A stretch of DNA of 54,647 nucleotides from the IMG/VR virus record IMGVR_UViG_3300020191_000005, positions 62,001 through 116,647 of that record; one strand, 5' to 3'. The notes under the pieces were generated by a model. The model made no database searches. It worked only from the letters and a program-made list of their open reading frames with translations, and was not told the DNA's origin. Of this stretch, positions 1-10,389 are shown one piece after another; within the stretch, counting starts at the first letter, position 1; each line of letters begins with the position of its first letter. The position numbers and the translations under genes were made by a program. The DNA comes from an uncultured virus (IMG/VR IMGVR_UViG_3300020191_000005). Lineage: Duplodnaviria > Heunggongvirae > Uroviricota > Caudoviricetes.

Positions 1-145
1 CATCTTTTTCTTTATGAAAGTGCATACTAAACTTTGCACCAACCTTTTCAAAAACCATAATTTTTCCACAATATAAATCATTGGTTGCCCAAATTAATTC
101 ATATCCCCAACCTTTATCTACTTTACCACTATGTCTTGCTGGCAT
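1..145 (-). CDS. Cupin-family protein (sugar isomerase-like), N-terminal part; runs off the window edge
   Basis: Manual translation from ATG at 145: MPARHSGKVDKGWGYELIWATNDLYCGKIMVFEKVGAKFSMHFHKEKD. KGWGxE and SMHFH are cupin-type motifs; the ORF overlaps the hldD stop. Confidence 0.7.
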   Translation of the reverse strand, partial: MPARHSGKVDKGWGYELIWATNDLYCGKIMVFEKVGAKFSMHFHKEKD

Positions 146-947
146 TTACATACTCCTCAATTGTTCTAAAATTATGAACACCTATACTATTAATTAACTT
201 GTTATTGTCTGAACAGGTGTAATACTGGTATTGTCCTTTAAGCTCTTCTGGCATAGGAATTTCTTCAATTTTAGCATTATACTTTTTGGCATACAGTTCA
301 GCAATATCCATAAATGAACGAGGTGTACCTGTACCAACATTCCATATATCTGTATTGTCAACATCAATAAACTTTTCGATAATTTCACATACATCGCCAA
401 CATGAATAAAATCTCTTTCAATTTTATCACTGCCTTCAAACACTTTGATAACTCCTGTTTCTTTGGCTTGTTTTTCAAACTTGCCAAATACACTTTGTTG
501 GTCACCTTTGTGTTCTTCACCTGGTCCATATACATTAAAGAATCTAAAACCTTGTACATTAATCATAAACTCTGGAACTTGCATTACAAATCTATCAAAC
601 AAATATTTGCTCCATGCATATGCACTCTGTGGTTGTAGTTTAGAATTTTCTACAAACGTATCACCATATACACCAGCAGTACTAGCATACATCATTGATG
701 TTCCTTTTTGATCACATAGTTGTAACAAACGCATTGAAAACTCATAGTTTTGTTCCATAATTTTTTCAATGTCTCGTTCAGTAGTGCTACTAATAGCACC
801 TAAATGGATTACCCTATCATATGGTTCAGGATCAGGAATAACATTAGGCTTCCATTCAAACCCTTCAACATTGTGTCCTTTATGTTGTAAGTACGATCCA
901 AGATGTTTACCAATAAAACCTTCATGTCCTGTAATTAAAATATTCAT
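129..947 (-). CDS. hldD: ADP-L-glycero-D-manno-heptose 6-epimerase (extended SDR family)
   Basis: GHEGFIG NAD-binding motif, HLGAISSTT, YAWSK catalytic motif, FNVYGPGEEHKG, LKGQYQYYT; adjacent to hldE. Confidence 0.85.
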   Translation of the reverse strand: MNILITGHEGFIGKHLGSYLQHKGHNVEGFEWKPNVIPDPEPYDRVIHLGAISSTTERDIEKIMEQNYEFSMRLLQLCDQKGTSMMYASTAGVYGDTFVENSKLQPQSAYAWSKYLFDRFVMQVPEFMINVQGFRFFNVYGPGEEHKGDQQSVFGKFEKQAKETGVIKVFEGSDKIERDFIHVGDVCEIIEKFIDVDNTDIWNVGTGTPRSFMDIAELYAKKYNAKIEEIPMPEELKGQYQYYTCSDNNKLINSIGVHNFRTIEEYVNASKT

Positions 948-2200
948 TCTGCAACCTCGTTCATTTTGTCTATAAGTTTAGTTGTACTCGCACCGGCAAT
1001 AGTTGGAAATATAACTACATCAGCTAAATGGTTTCCTACTACTGTGTCAACTGTATAATCTCCGCCTTTAACAATTATATTGGGCAAGACATTTTGTAAA
1101 GTTTCTAATGGAGTATCTTCATCAAATATAATTACCTCATCAATAAACCCTAATTCTAACAAAGCGGCTTTACGGGTTTGTTCATCGTTAATGGGTCTAG
1201 TTTCGCCTTTTAAACGCTTTACACTTGCATCGCTATTAATGCCCACCACGAGGCGCTTTCCAAGCGTGTGTGCGTGTCTTAGTAGCTTTAAATGGCCTAT
1301 ATGTAGTATATCAAACACTCCGTTAGTCCATACAATTCCAGTTGATAAATCGTTTTTGGTTACAACAGCAACACCACGTTTTTCAACAATACGTGCCGCC
1401 CCATAACATGCTAATTTACATGATTCAACTACATCTCTTCCTTGTTCAATACCATATGCAATGATAGCAAGTACAGTATCACCAGCACCTGTTACGTCAG
1501 CAACTTCTCTCACTTCTTCTTTACAATGCCAACTTTCTTGTGCATTAATTATATGCATACCGTTAGCACCATCAGTTACAACAAGCCATTCCCAACCATA
1601 TGTTTGCAAATTTTGTTGAGCATCTCTAATATCAAATTCGCCAAACCATTCTACATATTCTTTCATGTTTGGTTTAACCAGGTACGCATTTGTGTAATAA
1701 CTAGGATGTTGTTTAGGATCTACTAAAACTTTGCATTTACGTTTTAATAGTTTTTCTACTGTTTGCTCACGTACTGTACCTTTTGCATAATCACTTACAC
1801 AAACAATATCGTCAGCAGTTAGTGAATCAAGTAGTCTATGTAAACTACTTGTACCTATATATGTTTCTTCACGGTCCCAACGCATAATGTGTTGCCCACC
1901 TTGTCCAACTAGTCTAGTTTTAGTTGTTGTGACAGCATGATCAGATGCAATGTTTGCTTCAATTTTTGTGTTACCAATCATTTCAAGTAGTTTATATCCG
2001 TCATCGTCTTGACCGATACTACCATATAATGCAACGTCTCCATTGATAGATTTAATATTAAGAGCCAAATTTCCTGCCCCACCAATGCTATATTGTTGGG
2101 CTTCTTCAAGTAAAACAGGTACAGGTGCTTCTGGACTTATTCTATTTGTATTACCCAAAATCCATCGGTCTAACATTATGTCGCCGTAAACTTTAATCAT
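944..2200 (-). CDS. hldE: Bifunctional heptose-7-phosphate kinase / heptose-1-phosphate adenylyltransferase
   Basis: PfkB kinase domain (GDIMLD, RISPEAPVPV, SDYAKG, DVTGAGDT) fused to a nucleotidyltransferase domain (TNGVFDILHIGH, GINSDASVKRLKG, KGGDY). Confidence 0.92.
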   Translation of the reverse strand: MIKVYGDIMLDRWILGNTNRISPEAPVPVLLEEAQQYSIGGAGNLALNIKSINGDVALYGSIGQDDDGYKLLEMIGNTKIEANIASDHAVTTTKTRLVGQGGQHIMRWDREETYIGTSSLHRLLDSLTADDIVCVSDYAKGTVREQTVEKLLKRKCKVLVDPKQHPSYYTNAYLVKPNMKEYVEWFGEFDIRDAQQNLQTYGWEWLVVTDGANGMHIINAQESWHCKEEVREVADVTGAGDTVLAIIAYGIEQGRDVVESCKLACYGAARIVEKRGVAVVTKNDLSTGIVWTNGVFDILHIGHLKLLRHAHTLGKRLVVGINSDASVKRLKGETRPINDEQTRKAALLELGFIDEVIIFDEDTPLETLQNVLPNIIVKGGDYTVDTVVGNHLADVVIFPTIAGASTTKLIDKMNEVAE

Positions 2201-2647
2201 TTAACTTTCCGATTCTTGTAATAATGATACTAGTTGAAATACTGTTTGAAGTTTTGTTAAGTTTTGTTTATTTTGGAGTGTGTTACGCAATCCCATATGC
2301 AACGGCTTTGGCCAATTTTGAAAACTAACCCATGCATATCCATTATGTTCATCATTTAGAACAGGGAGAAATTCATCCTTTACAACACACAAGTAAGTAT
2401 GAAATTGAAATTTATCATCGTTACTTACAAACGTTTCTAACGGTATTGATTTGATAATTTTTGGAACACTACCAAGTTCTTCTTCAACTTCACGTAGTAG
2501 AGCTTTATAAGGGATTTCTTTATCTTCGTTGGTTCCGCCAACAAGACCCCAAACATTGTTTTGTTTTGATTGTGTGCGATGTAAGAATAAGAAACGTTGT
2601 GTTGTCAACGAATAGAATAATGCACCACTACAAATAATTTGTTCCAT
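2201..2647 (-). CDS. NUDIX hydrolase
   Basis: Nudix box GGTNEDKEIPYKALLREVEEELG. Confidence 0.85.
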   Translation of the reverse strand: MEQIICSGALFYSLTTQRFLFLHRTQSKQNNVWGLVGGTNEDKEIPYKALLREVEEELGSVPKIIKSIPLETFVSNDDKFQFHTYLCVVKDEFLPVLNDEHNGYAWVSFQNWPKPLHMGLRNTLQNKQNLTKLQTVFQLVSLLQESES

Positions 2648-2659
2648 ACAAGTACTTAT

Positions 2660-4078
2660 TTAGAGTACTAAGCGCCAGCTTCCTTTTCGATATTCGCCTT
2701 CAAAGGATAGTGTCCATTCTGTACCATCCCATTTGTATTGGATACCTGAAGTTAAATTGGTTGTGTATGTAACATCAGTTGCTGGGTTATTTTTTGTGCT
2801 TGAGTCAAATACTATTTGCCATTGTGTTCCACTCCATTCGATAATGTCGTTTTCACTAGCAACTAGTGTGTCATTACCACTAGAGTCTTTCCAAGCATCG
2901 GCACCATCTGTGTTTGCTGTAGCACCAATATCACCTAATAAAAGTATTCTAGTGCCAGCTACTTTTAAGTTAACTGGGTTAACTCTAGTCGGATCAATAA
3001 TTGCATCAATAGTTCCTTTTTGTGGACTATTTGGTAATCCTAATACTGTATTAGTTGGAATAGTATCTTCGTCCCAATTAACAATAATTTGTGTTTCGTC
3101 TAAGTTGTTAAGTGCAAATGTACCTACAACCGGTGCGGCCAAGTCAATTCTATTTAAATATATTTTACTTAATCCTGCGGCATACTCACCAGGTTCAGAT
3201 TCAAGTACTTCTCTCCAATTAATTTCTCCACTAATTCCATTTTTACCAAGTTGAACAATAGTGTTAGTAACAATAGCATCATAGCCTGACGCTGTTGTAA
3301 CTTGAAGATGTATTCTACCATCTGCATCTTTGTTTTTAATAGAGTTGCCCCAGCTATCATCGTATGCATTAAGTTCTGGCATTGACTGTCCTAAGTCAAT
3401 AGTTCCTTTAGTTTCATCAAAGATACTCATTATAACATTTGTAATAACTCCTAACTTCTTAACCTTAGCAGGAGGACTAATAAAAATAGGTGTTTGAAAT
3501 CCTAGTGTAGCAACATCAATTTCAGTGTCAACTCCCATAGGAATACTTCTTGAACTAAAATTAATATTTTCTAAATTAACAACTGATAACGAAGTCCAAT
3601 CTACATAGTTGTCTGTAGTTTGTATTTCTAAACTTGGATTAAACAACATTAATATCTGTTCTAAAATCTGTAATTTTTGTTCTGTGTTAGTTGACCAAAT
3701 ATCGCAATTAATATTCAACATATAAGGTGTTGGCATTAATCGTTCAACAGTATAGTTTGAACCTTGAGTATTTAAATACTCGTTACTGTTTTCATCATAA
3801 GTACGTTCTCTAAGATGCACCTTACCTGTATAGGTTGCGTCAGCAGTTCTTGTACGATCCATTTCCATGCCAGTAACATACACCCCAATGCGTGGCGCAC
3901 TTGGTATTTTATTTTCACTATTGTCTTTTATAATAGCACCAACTTGTCTTGTAATGTCTCCATACATGACTGGAATTTGTGTTAAGTTACCTTTGCTATC
4001 AGCATAAGAAAAATTACTCAGTAGTCTTACCATTTGAGTAATGTATCTTCTTATTTGTCCATCATAGAAGTGTTGCAT
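2660..4078 (-). CDS. T4 gp15-like tail terminator / sheath stabilizer with C-terminal extension
   Basis: N-terminal FYDGQIRRY..., PTPYMLN..., QILEQILMLFNP pattern; adjacent to neck genes. Confidence 0.65.
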   Translation of the reverse strand: MQHFYDGQIRRYITQMVRLLSNFSYADSKGNLTQIPVMYGDITRQVGAIIKDNSENKIPSAPRIGVYVTGMEMDRTRTADATYTGKVHLRERTYDENSNEYLNTQGSNYTVERLMPTPYMLNINCDIWSTNTEQKLQILEQILMLFNPSLEIQTTDNYVDWTSLSVVNLENINFSSRSIPMGVDTEIDVATLGFQTPIFISPPAKVKKLGVITNVIMSIFDETKGTIDLGQSMPELNAYDDSWGNSIKNKDADGRIHLQVTTASGYDAIVTNTIVQLGKNGISGEINWREVLESEPGEYAAGLSKIYLNRIDLAAPVVGTFALNNLDETQIIVNWDEDTIPTNTVLGLPNSPQKGTIDAIIDPTRVNPVNLKVAGTRILLLGDIGATANTDGADAWKDSSGNDTLVASENDIIEWSGTQWQIVFDSSTKNNPATDVTYTTNLTSGIQYKWDGTEWTLSFEGEYRKGSWRLVL

Positions 4079-5235
4079 TAATTATCTGCCTTTGGTTTGA
4101 GTGCTTTACTCAATGGTTGTCTTTCTGTTACAGTTTCGCCACCAATAATATTACTAGTAGTATTGTTAACAAAAGTACCTTTTTGTGTAGCACGTGAATC
4201 TGTATTTGTCAATGTCATACGTACATTATCTTCTTGTTTGACCCATCGACTTCCGTCTTGTCTAAATAATCTATTAGGCATAAAATCTGTCCTTAGGAAA
4301 TAATCTCCTTCAATTGAATTTGTAGGGAAACTTGCCCCATGTCCAAACGCTTCTCCGTTAGGTGGAATACCATCGCCAAGTAAGTAACCTTGATATCCTG
4401 TACGTTCTGGAGTTTGATTAATTCTGTCAGCTAATAATTCTTGTGAACTAGAATCCAAATCATTCATATCAACTGTAACTAGATCAGGCTTGCCGTCTTT
4501 GTTTACAGCTAACGTGTATAAGTTTGTAGTATCGTATCCTGACTTAGGTGCATCAGCTTCTGCTTGTGCAACTACTGCATTATTAATTTGCATCTCTTTT
4601 TCGTATGTACTAAGAACATCACGTAGTGTGTTTGTACTTCCTTCTTCTGAAGGTAAATCAAGTATTTCTTTAAACTCTTGTGAATCAACAATTTGTTTTA
4701 ATTTAATTCTGTATAAATGTGGATACCAAGTTTGTGTAAATCCTTCAGCGGCTCTGTTTACGTCTTCTACAACATAGAAACGTTTTAGTGCTACAGTATA
4801 ATCATTAAGTGCATATTCGTCTTTTAAATGCGGAAGTTCAATAACATCTCCTGGCATAATTTTACGCCCTAGTGTTCTAACACTATAGTTGATTGGAATT
4901 GTCATAAACAATGTATCGTTTTGTAAAAATAGACCAAATTGACTCATATCAAAATCAATATCTTGAATATTGTAAATGCCACGTATTGTATAAATGTCTG
5001 GATCGTATTTGCGATCTCTATTTTCTAAGAATAACATATCCTGTATGTTAGTTTCTTTAACAGCATCATAGCGAGGTTGTGCAGGCGTAGCGTCTGCTTC
5101 GTCTGGATTTGAAGGGCCTAGATACTTGTGTACAAAGACATCTGTACCACCAACTGTAAACATTTCGGTGATTGTTTTGTCTAAGAAATCGTAATCGTTG
5201 CCCTTTTCGGGTTTGTATAAACTGAGTCTTGGCAT
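4078..5235 (-). CDS. T4 gp14-like neck protein (start reassigned to ATG at 5235)
   Basis: DMLFLENRDRKYD, SQFGLF, PGDVIELP motifs; late promoter TAAATA 8 nt upstream; located between gp13-like and gp15-like genes. Confidence 0.65.
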   Translation of the reverse strand: MPRLSLYKPEKGNDYDFLDKTITEMFTVGGTDVFVHKYLGPSNPDEADATPAQPRYDAVKETNIQDMLFLENRDRKYDPDIYTIRGIYNIQDIDFDMSQFGLFLQNDTLFMTIPINYSVRTLGRKIMPGDVIELPHLKDEYALNDYTVALKRFYVVEDVNRAAEGFTQTWYPHLYRIKLKQIVDSQEFKEILDLPSEEGSTNTLRDVLSTYEKEMQINNAVVAQAEADAPKSGYDTTNLYTLAVNKDGKPDLVTVDMNDLDSSSQELLADRINQTPERTGYQGYLLGDGIPPNGEAFGHGASFPTNSIEGDYFLRTDFMPNRLFRQDGSRWVKQEDNVRMTLTNTDSRATQKGTFVNNTTSNIIGGETVTERQPLSKALKPKADN

Positions 5236-5281
5236 AGTATAAGTATTTATCGTTAGCATAAATACTAGTGGAGAACAAGAA

Positions 5282-6037
5282 ATGGCATTAAGCACACAAA
5301 AACAAGAGGTATTCGATTACGTAAACGCTATGTTAGGCGGTGGTATGATCGATGTTGAACTCGACCCTATTCATTATGAAACTGCACTAGAAAAAGCCTT
5401 TGGCAAATTTAGACAGCGTAGTGATAACTCAGTAGAAGAGTCATATCTTTTTATGCCTACTATACTTGATCAAAATGAATATACACTACCGCAAGAAGTA
5501 GTTGAGGTGAGAAAATTATTTAGACGCTCAATTGGTTCACGTTCAGGTGGCGGAGATGGTGGCACATTATTTGAACCATTTAACATGGCATACACAAACA
5601 CTTATTTGTTATCAAGTTCAAACATGGGCGGACTAGCAACATACGATATGTTCAGTCAATACCAAGAATTAGTAGGACGAATGTTTGGTAGCTTTATTGA
5701 ATTTAATTGGAATACTACAACTAAAAAATTAACACTACTACAACGCCCAAGAGCAGAAGAAACATTACTGCTATATGTTTACAATCACAGACCAGATAGT
5801 GAATTACTTAATGACTATCTTGCAAAGCAATGGATTAAAGATTATACCCTTGCAAGTTGTAAGTATATGCTAGGCGAAGCACGTTCAAAGTTTGCTACTA
5901 TTGCAGGTCCACAAGGAGGTTCAACTCTGAATGGCGATGCACTAAAAGCCGAAGCACAAGCTGAAATGGAAAAGCTAGAAGAAGAACTAAGAATGCAAGT
6001 AGCAGGCGGCGTAGGCTACGGATTCACAATCGGCTAA
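5282..6037 (+). CDS. T4 gp13-like neck / head-tail adaptor protein
   Basis: LGGGMIDVELD, WIKDYTLA, RSKFATIAGPQGG-LNG motifs typical of gp13. Confidence 0.8.
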   Translation: MALSTQKQEVFDYVNAMLGGGMIDVELDPIHYETALEKAFGKFRQRSDNSVEESYLFMPTILDQNEYTLPQEVVEVRKLFRRSIGSRSGGGDGGTLFEPFNMAYTNTYLLSSSNMGGLATYDMFSQYQELVGRMFGSFIEFNWNTTTKKLTLLQRPRAEETLLLYVYNHRPDSELLNDYLAKQWIKDYTLASCKYMLGEARSKFATIAGPQGGSTLNGDALKAEAQAEMEKLEEELRMQVAGGVGYGFTIG

Positions 6038-6044
6038 TAAACAC

Positions 6045-6073
6045 TTGACTTCCTGATAAATCTATTGTATAAT
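6045..6073 (+). promoter_or_regulatory. Sigma70-type promoter for the dNMP kinase gene
   Basis: TTGACT-17-TATAAT followed by an AAGGAG ribosome-binding site. Confidence 0.75.
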
Positions 6074-6099
6074 AGTTTTAATTTATAAGGAGTTAACCT

Positions 6100-6693
6100 G
6101 TGATTATTGGTGTATGTGGTTTAATTGGTAGTGGTAAAGATACTATTGCTGACTATTTAATTAGTGAGCATAATTTCCAAAAAATATCATTTGCAGATAA
6201 ACTTAAAGATAGCGTAGGCGTTATGTTTGGGTGGAGCAGAGATATGCTTGATGGTAAAACAATCGAATCTAGAGAATGGCGTGAGAAAGTAGACGAGTTT
6301 TGGTCAAAAGAAACTGGACGTACAATTACTCCTAGACTAGTATTACAAGAATTTGGTACAGAATGTATGCGTAACGGATTCTATGATGGTATTTGGGTAT
6401 CTCTAGTAAAACAAAAAATTACTGACAATCCAGATATTAATTGGGTATTACCGGATACACGTTTTCCTAATGAAGCAAAAATGCTACATGAAGTAGGCGG
6501 ACATGTATGGCGTGTAAAACGTGGAGAAGATCCTAAATGGTTTACAGAGTATCTTGAGTTTGATACAGAGCCTACTGATATTCATCCTAGCGAATGGGCT
6601 TGGGCTCATACTAAATTTTCACAAACATTAGAAAACAACGGTACTATTGCTGAGCTTAGAAGTCAGGTCGCAGATCACCTTGCTTCCATCTAA
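6100..6693 (+). CDS. Deoxynucleoside monophosphate kinase (T4 gp1-like)
   Basis: P-loop GLIGSGKDT, SFADKLK, PRLVLQEFGTE, DTRFPNE. Confidence 0.88.
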   Translation: MIIGVCGLIGSGKDTIADYLISEHNFQKISFADKLKDSVGVMFGWSRDMLDGKTIESREWREKVDEFWSKETGRTITPRLVLQEFGTECMRNGFYDGIWVSLVKQKITDNPDINWVLPDTRFPNEAKMLHEVGGHVWRVKRGEDPKWFTEYLEFDTEPTDIHPSEWAWAHTKFSQTLENNGTIAELRSQVADHLASI

Positions 6694-6994
6694 ATCCTTC
6701 TTTGTAAATAATTTTAGTGCAATTAGCACATATTGTTTTTAGATTACTAAACCTTATATTATTAAGATCACCGTCAATGTAGTACACTGAAAACTGCTCC
6801 GGGTGTTTGCTTTTAAACCCACACTTGTCACATTCTGTTTTCTTTTCATACCCTGATTGTTTCCATTTAGAAGCACCGTGTATAGGCTTGCCGTGTCTAG
6901 TACATGACTCGCATTTACTTCTATAAAAGGGTTTTCCGTTTTTGTAGTAGTTTATAGCTACAGGTTTAGTGCCGCATTTACATAAAGGTCTCAT
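6656..6994 (-). CDS. Zn-finger / degenerate HNH-like protein (start reassigned to 6994)
   Basis: CKC, CESC, CDKC and IDGDLNN...NLKTICANC motifs; TAAATA-N5-ATG at 6994. Confidence 0.6.
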   Translation of the reverse strand: MRPLCKCGTKPVAINYYKNGKPFYRSKCESCTRHGKPIHGASKWKQSGYEKKTECDKCGFKSKHPEQFSVYYIDGDLNNIRFSNLKTICANCTKIIYKEGFRWKQGDLRPDF

Positions 6995-7062
6995 ATATGT
7001 ATTTACCTGCCCTTTTTGGTCCCTTTTTCTCGGTTGATTATACACCTATTTTAGCAAAATGG

Positions 7063-7070
7063 TATAAATA
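7063..7070 (+). promoter_or_regulatory. T4-type late promoter
   Basis: TATAAATA upstream of the tail sheath gene. Similar TAAATA boxes at about 5259, 10362, 11109, 13344, 13858, 15092, 16690, 22138, 37527, 45049 (+) and 5244, 7000, 46807 (-). Confidence 0.75.
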
Positions 7071-7104
7071 ATAGTAACATGCTATATCAACAGGAGAAAA
7101 TAAA

Positions 7105-10100
7105 ATGGCTTTAGTATCACCAGGAGTACAGGTCAGCGTTATAGACGAAAGTTTCTATACACCAGCTGAGCCAGGTACAGTACCAATGATTTTTGTTGTT
7201 TCCGCACAAGACAAAACGAACGGTGCTGGAACAGGAACAGCCGCAGGTACAACAGCGGCAAATGCAGGCAAACCATATTTGGTTACCTCACAAAGAGAAT
7301 TAACAGACTTGTTTGGAGATCCAACTTTCTATACGGACACAAACAACAATGCACTACACGGTAGTGAATTAAACGAATACGGGTTACAAGCGGCCTACTC
7401 ATACTTAGGAGTAGCTAACAGAGCTTATGTAACTAGAGCATCATTAAACACTAAAGAACTAATGGCATCTGCTACAGCACCAGCGGCTAATCCAGCAGAC
7501 GGCACTTATTGGTTTGATACAGCAAATAGTGTGTTTGGTATTTTTGAATGGAACGGCGCATCGGCTAGTGTTACTGGCGGACAGAGCTTTACTAACAAAA
7601 TTCCAACAGTGATTACAGATACAACTAAAGTAACAGGCGGCGCACCAAAAACTTCTGTTGGCGCAATTGGTGACTACGCTATCGTTGCAACTACAACACT
7701 TAACAAGTTATACTACAAAAAATCCGATGGTACATGGGTACAAGTAGGAACTACAGCATGGATTAGTTCATGGGCAACTGTTACTGGTACGGTTTCCAAC
7801 GCAACAATTACTAACGGTGCTTCGATGAGCATTAACGGAACTGTAGTAACTAGTGGCGGAACAGCATTAAGTGATGTTGTAAGTGCTATTGGTTCAGCAG
7901 GTATTGCTGGAGTTACTTCAGCAGTAGTTAACAACAAATTAGAGATTTATTCAACAGGCGTAGACGTTGTATTAGCAACTAACGCTTCAACACTATTAGC
8001 AGAGATTGGTTTAACAGCGGCTACTTTTAAAGCACCGAAGTTAAGTATTGCTCCGCATACTAGTGTACCTGAATATAAGTCAACTGACACAAGTCCACGT
8101 CCAACAGGAAGTATCTGGGTTAAAACTACACAACCTAATTTAGGTGCTAACTGGAAAGTTAAAATGTGGAACGGCACAACTAGCTTGTGGGAAACTAAGT
8201 CAGCTCCAATGTATGCAACACCTGAAGCGGCGTTGTTTGCATTAGATAAAGCAGGCGGCGGTAAAAACTTACCTGTAGGCGCAGTTTACATCAAAACTAA
8301 TAATGATGAAGCAACTGATCCAATTGGTGACTTTAAGATTCACAGAAGACAAGCAACTGGTAATACTAAAATTATTTCAGATATTATCACAACACAACTA
8401 GTAACTGGAACTTATGCTTTTGATATTGCAGAAACTAGTCCAGCAAGTGCTGTACTAAGTGCGGCAGTTACAGTAAGTGTTACAACAAACGGTAATGCAG
8501 ATGATGCAGATGATGTTGCAGGAGCAATTAACTCCGCAGGATTAACTAACGTTGTAGCAAGTGTTGATGCTTCAAACAGAATTGTTATTGAACACAATGA
8601 CGGTGGTGACATCCACATTACAGATACTAACAGCGGATTAGCTTTAGCAGGATTTGTAGCTTACAATGGCTCAAATGCGGCAACAGCAACACCAAACTTG
8701 TATACAGATGCCGCAGGCAATGCATACGATATGGTTGCTAGTAACTGGAAATACTTAACATATACTGCAAGTACATTGGCTCCAACAGCATTAACAACTG
8801 ATGGTGCATTATGGTACAACAGTATTGTTGACGAAGTAGACTTAATGATTCATAACGGTACTACATGGGTAGGTTATCAAGATTCAACTGCACCTTTTTA
8901 TAATGCAGTAAGTGGTGATAAAACAGATCCAGCAGGACCAATTGTTTCAGCTACTGAGCCAACTAAGCAATCAGATGGAACTGATCTTAAAAATGGCGAC
9001 ATTTGGATTAGTACAGCAGACTTAGAAAATTATCCTAAGATTTACAAATACAATGGCACTTCATTGAAGTTCATTGCACTTGATACAGGCGACCAAACTA
9101 CTGAAGACGGTATTTTGTTTGCTGATGCACGTTATGGCATTTCAGGTGTTAAAGGTGATACAGCAGGAACTATTGCTGAATTACTAGTAAGTAACTTCTT
9201 AGACTTTGACGCTCCAGATCCAGCACTATATCCAAAAGGTATGTTGCTTTGGAATACTAGACGTTCAGGATTTAACGTTAAGAAATATGTACGTAACTAC
9301 ATTGATACTACAGGACTTAATATTAGATTTAACAACGACGAGTCAATGAGTGCATACGCAACTAACAGATGGGTAACTGAATCAGCTAACCAAGAAAATG
9401 GTGCAGGCTCTTTTGGTAGAAAAGCTCAACGTAAAGTTGTAGTACAAGCATTACAAGCAATGGTTAACAGCAATGCTGATATTAGAGATGATAATTCAAG
9501 AATCTTTAACTTGATGGCAACACCTGGTTACTCAGAGCTAATTGGTGAAATGAAAACACTTAACTATGATAGAGGCATTAGTGCATTTGTTGTAGGTGAC
9601 TTACCGTTTAGATTAACACCAGATGCAACTTCATTGAACGAATATGCAACTAACGTAAAAGGTGCAGTTGAAGACAATGACGATGGACTTGTAACATACG
9701 ATGAATACTTAGGTGTGTTTTATCCAAGTTTATTCACAAGTGATAACGCAGGTAACAACGTAGTTGTTCCAGCTTCACATGGTATCTTACGCACAATGGC
9801 ACTAAGCGATCAAGTATCGTTTCCATGGTTTGCTCCAGCAGGAACAAGACGTGGTGGAATTACAAATGCTTCAAGTGCAGGATACATTACAAGCGAAGGT
9901 GAATTCCAAAGCGTAGCACTTAACGAAGGACAGCGTGATACATTGTACAGCAATGCTATTAACCCTGTAACGTTCTTAAGTGGTGCAGGACTTGTTAACT
10001 TTGGTCAAAAGACAAGAGCTAAAAATGCTAGTGCTTTAGACAGAATCAACGTTGCAAGACTAGTAATTTACTTACGTTCACAGTTTAACAAACTTGCTAA

Positions 10101-10356
10101 ACCTTATATCTTTGAGCCAAATGACAAAATCACACGTGATGAGATTAAAGCACAAGCAGATAGTTTACTATTAGAGTTAGTAGGTCAAAGAGCATTATAT
10201 GACTTCTTAGTAGTGTGTGATGAATCAAACAACACACCAACTAGAATTGATAGAAATGAGCTTTACTTAGATATAGCAATTGAACCAGTGAAAGCTGTGG
10301 AGTTTATTTACATTCCATTAAGACTTAAAAACACTGGTGAGATAGCAGGACTTTAA
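7105..10356 (+). CDS. gp18: Contractile tail sheath protein (gp18-like), 1083 aa
   Basis: N-terminal LVSPGVQVSVIDES; C-terminal PWFAPAGTRRG, INPV, GQKT, SALDRINVARL, FEPND, VCDESNNTP. Confidence 0.95.
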   Translation: MALVSPGVQVSVIDESFYTPAEPGTVPMIFVVSAQDKTNGAGTGTAAGTTAANAGKPYLVTSQRELTDLFGDPTFYTDTNNNALHGSELNEYGLQAAYSYLGVANRAYVTRASLNTKELMASATAPAANPADGTYWFDTANSVFGIFEWNGASASVTGGQSFTNKIPTVITDTTKVTGGAPKTSVGAIGDYAIVATTTLNKLYYKKSDGTWVQVGTTAWISSWATVTGTVSNATITNGASMSINGTVVTSGGTALSDVVSAIGSAGIAGVTSAVVNNKLEIYSTGVDVVLATNASTLLAEIGLTAATFKAPKLSIAPHTSVPEYKSTDTSPRPTGSIWVKTTQPNLGANWKVKMWNGTTSLWETKSAPMYATPEAALFALDKAGGGKNLPVGAVYIKTNNDEATDPIGDFKIHRRQATGNTKIISDIITTQLVTGTYAFDIAETSPASAVLSAAVTVSVTTNGNADDADDVAGAINSAGLTNVVASVDASNRIVIEHNDGGDIHITDTNSGLALAGFVAYNGSNAATATPNLYTDAAGNAYDMVASNWKYLTYTASTLAPTALTTDGALWYNSIVDEVDLMIHNGTTWVGYQDSTAPFYNAVSGDKTDPAGPIVSATEPTKQSDGTDLKNGDIWISTADLENYPKIYKYNGTSLKFIALDTGDQTTEDGILFADARYGISGVKGDTAGTIAELLVSNFLDFDAPDPALYPKGMLLWNTRRSGFNVKKYVRNYIDTTGLNIRFNNDESMSAYATNRWVTESANQENGAGSFGRKAQRKVVVQALQAMVNSNADIRDDNSRIFNLMATPGYSELIGEMKTLNYDRGISAFVVGDLPFRLTPDATSLNEYATNVKGAVEDNDDGLVTYDEYLGVFYPSLFTSDNAGNNVVVPASHGILRTMALSDQVSFPWFAPAGTRRGGITNASSAGYITSEGEFQSVALNEGQRDTLYSNAINPVTFLSGAGLVNFGQKTRAKNASALDRINVARLVIYLRSQFNKLAKPYIFEPNDKITRDEIKAQADSLLLELVGQRALYDFLVVCDESNNTPTRIDRNELYLDIAIEPVKAVEFIYIPLRLKNTGEIAGL

Positions 10357-10389
10357 TATGATAAATACTAATAAGCAGGAGATATTATA

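Noticed and set aside
129..2200. hldD/hldE, clpP and peroxiredoxin as host chromosome flanks (prophage boundary)
   Set aside because: They are translationally coupled to phage genes with similar composition; no integrase or att site was seen.
6656..6994. Active HNH homing endonuclease
   Set aside because: The catalytic His positions appear substituted (YYIDG, CANCT), so it was kept only as a Zn-finger/HNH-like protein.
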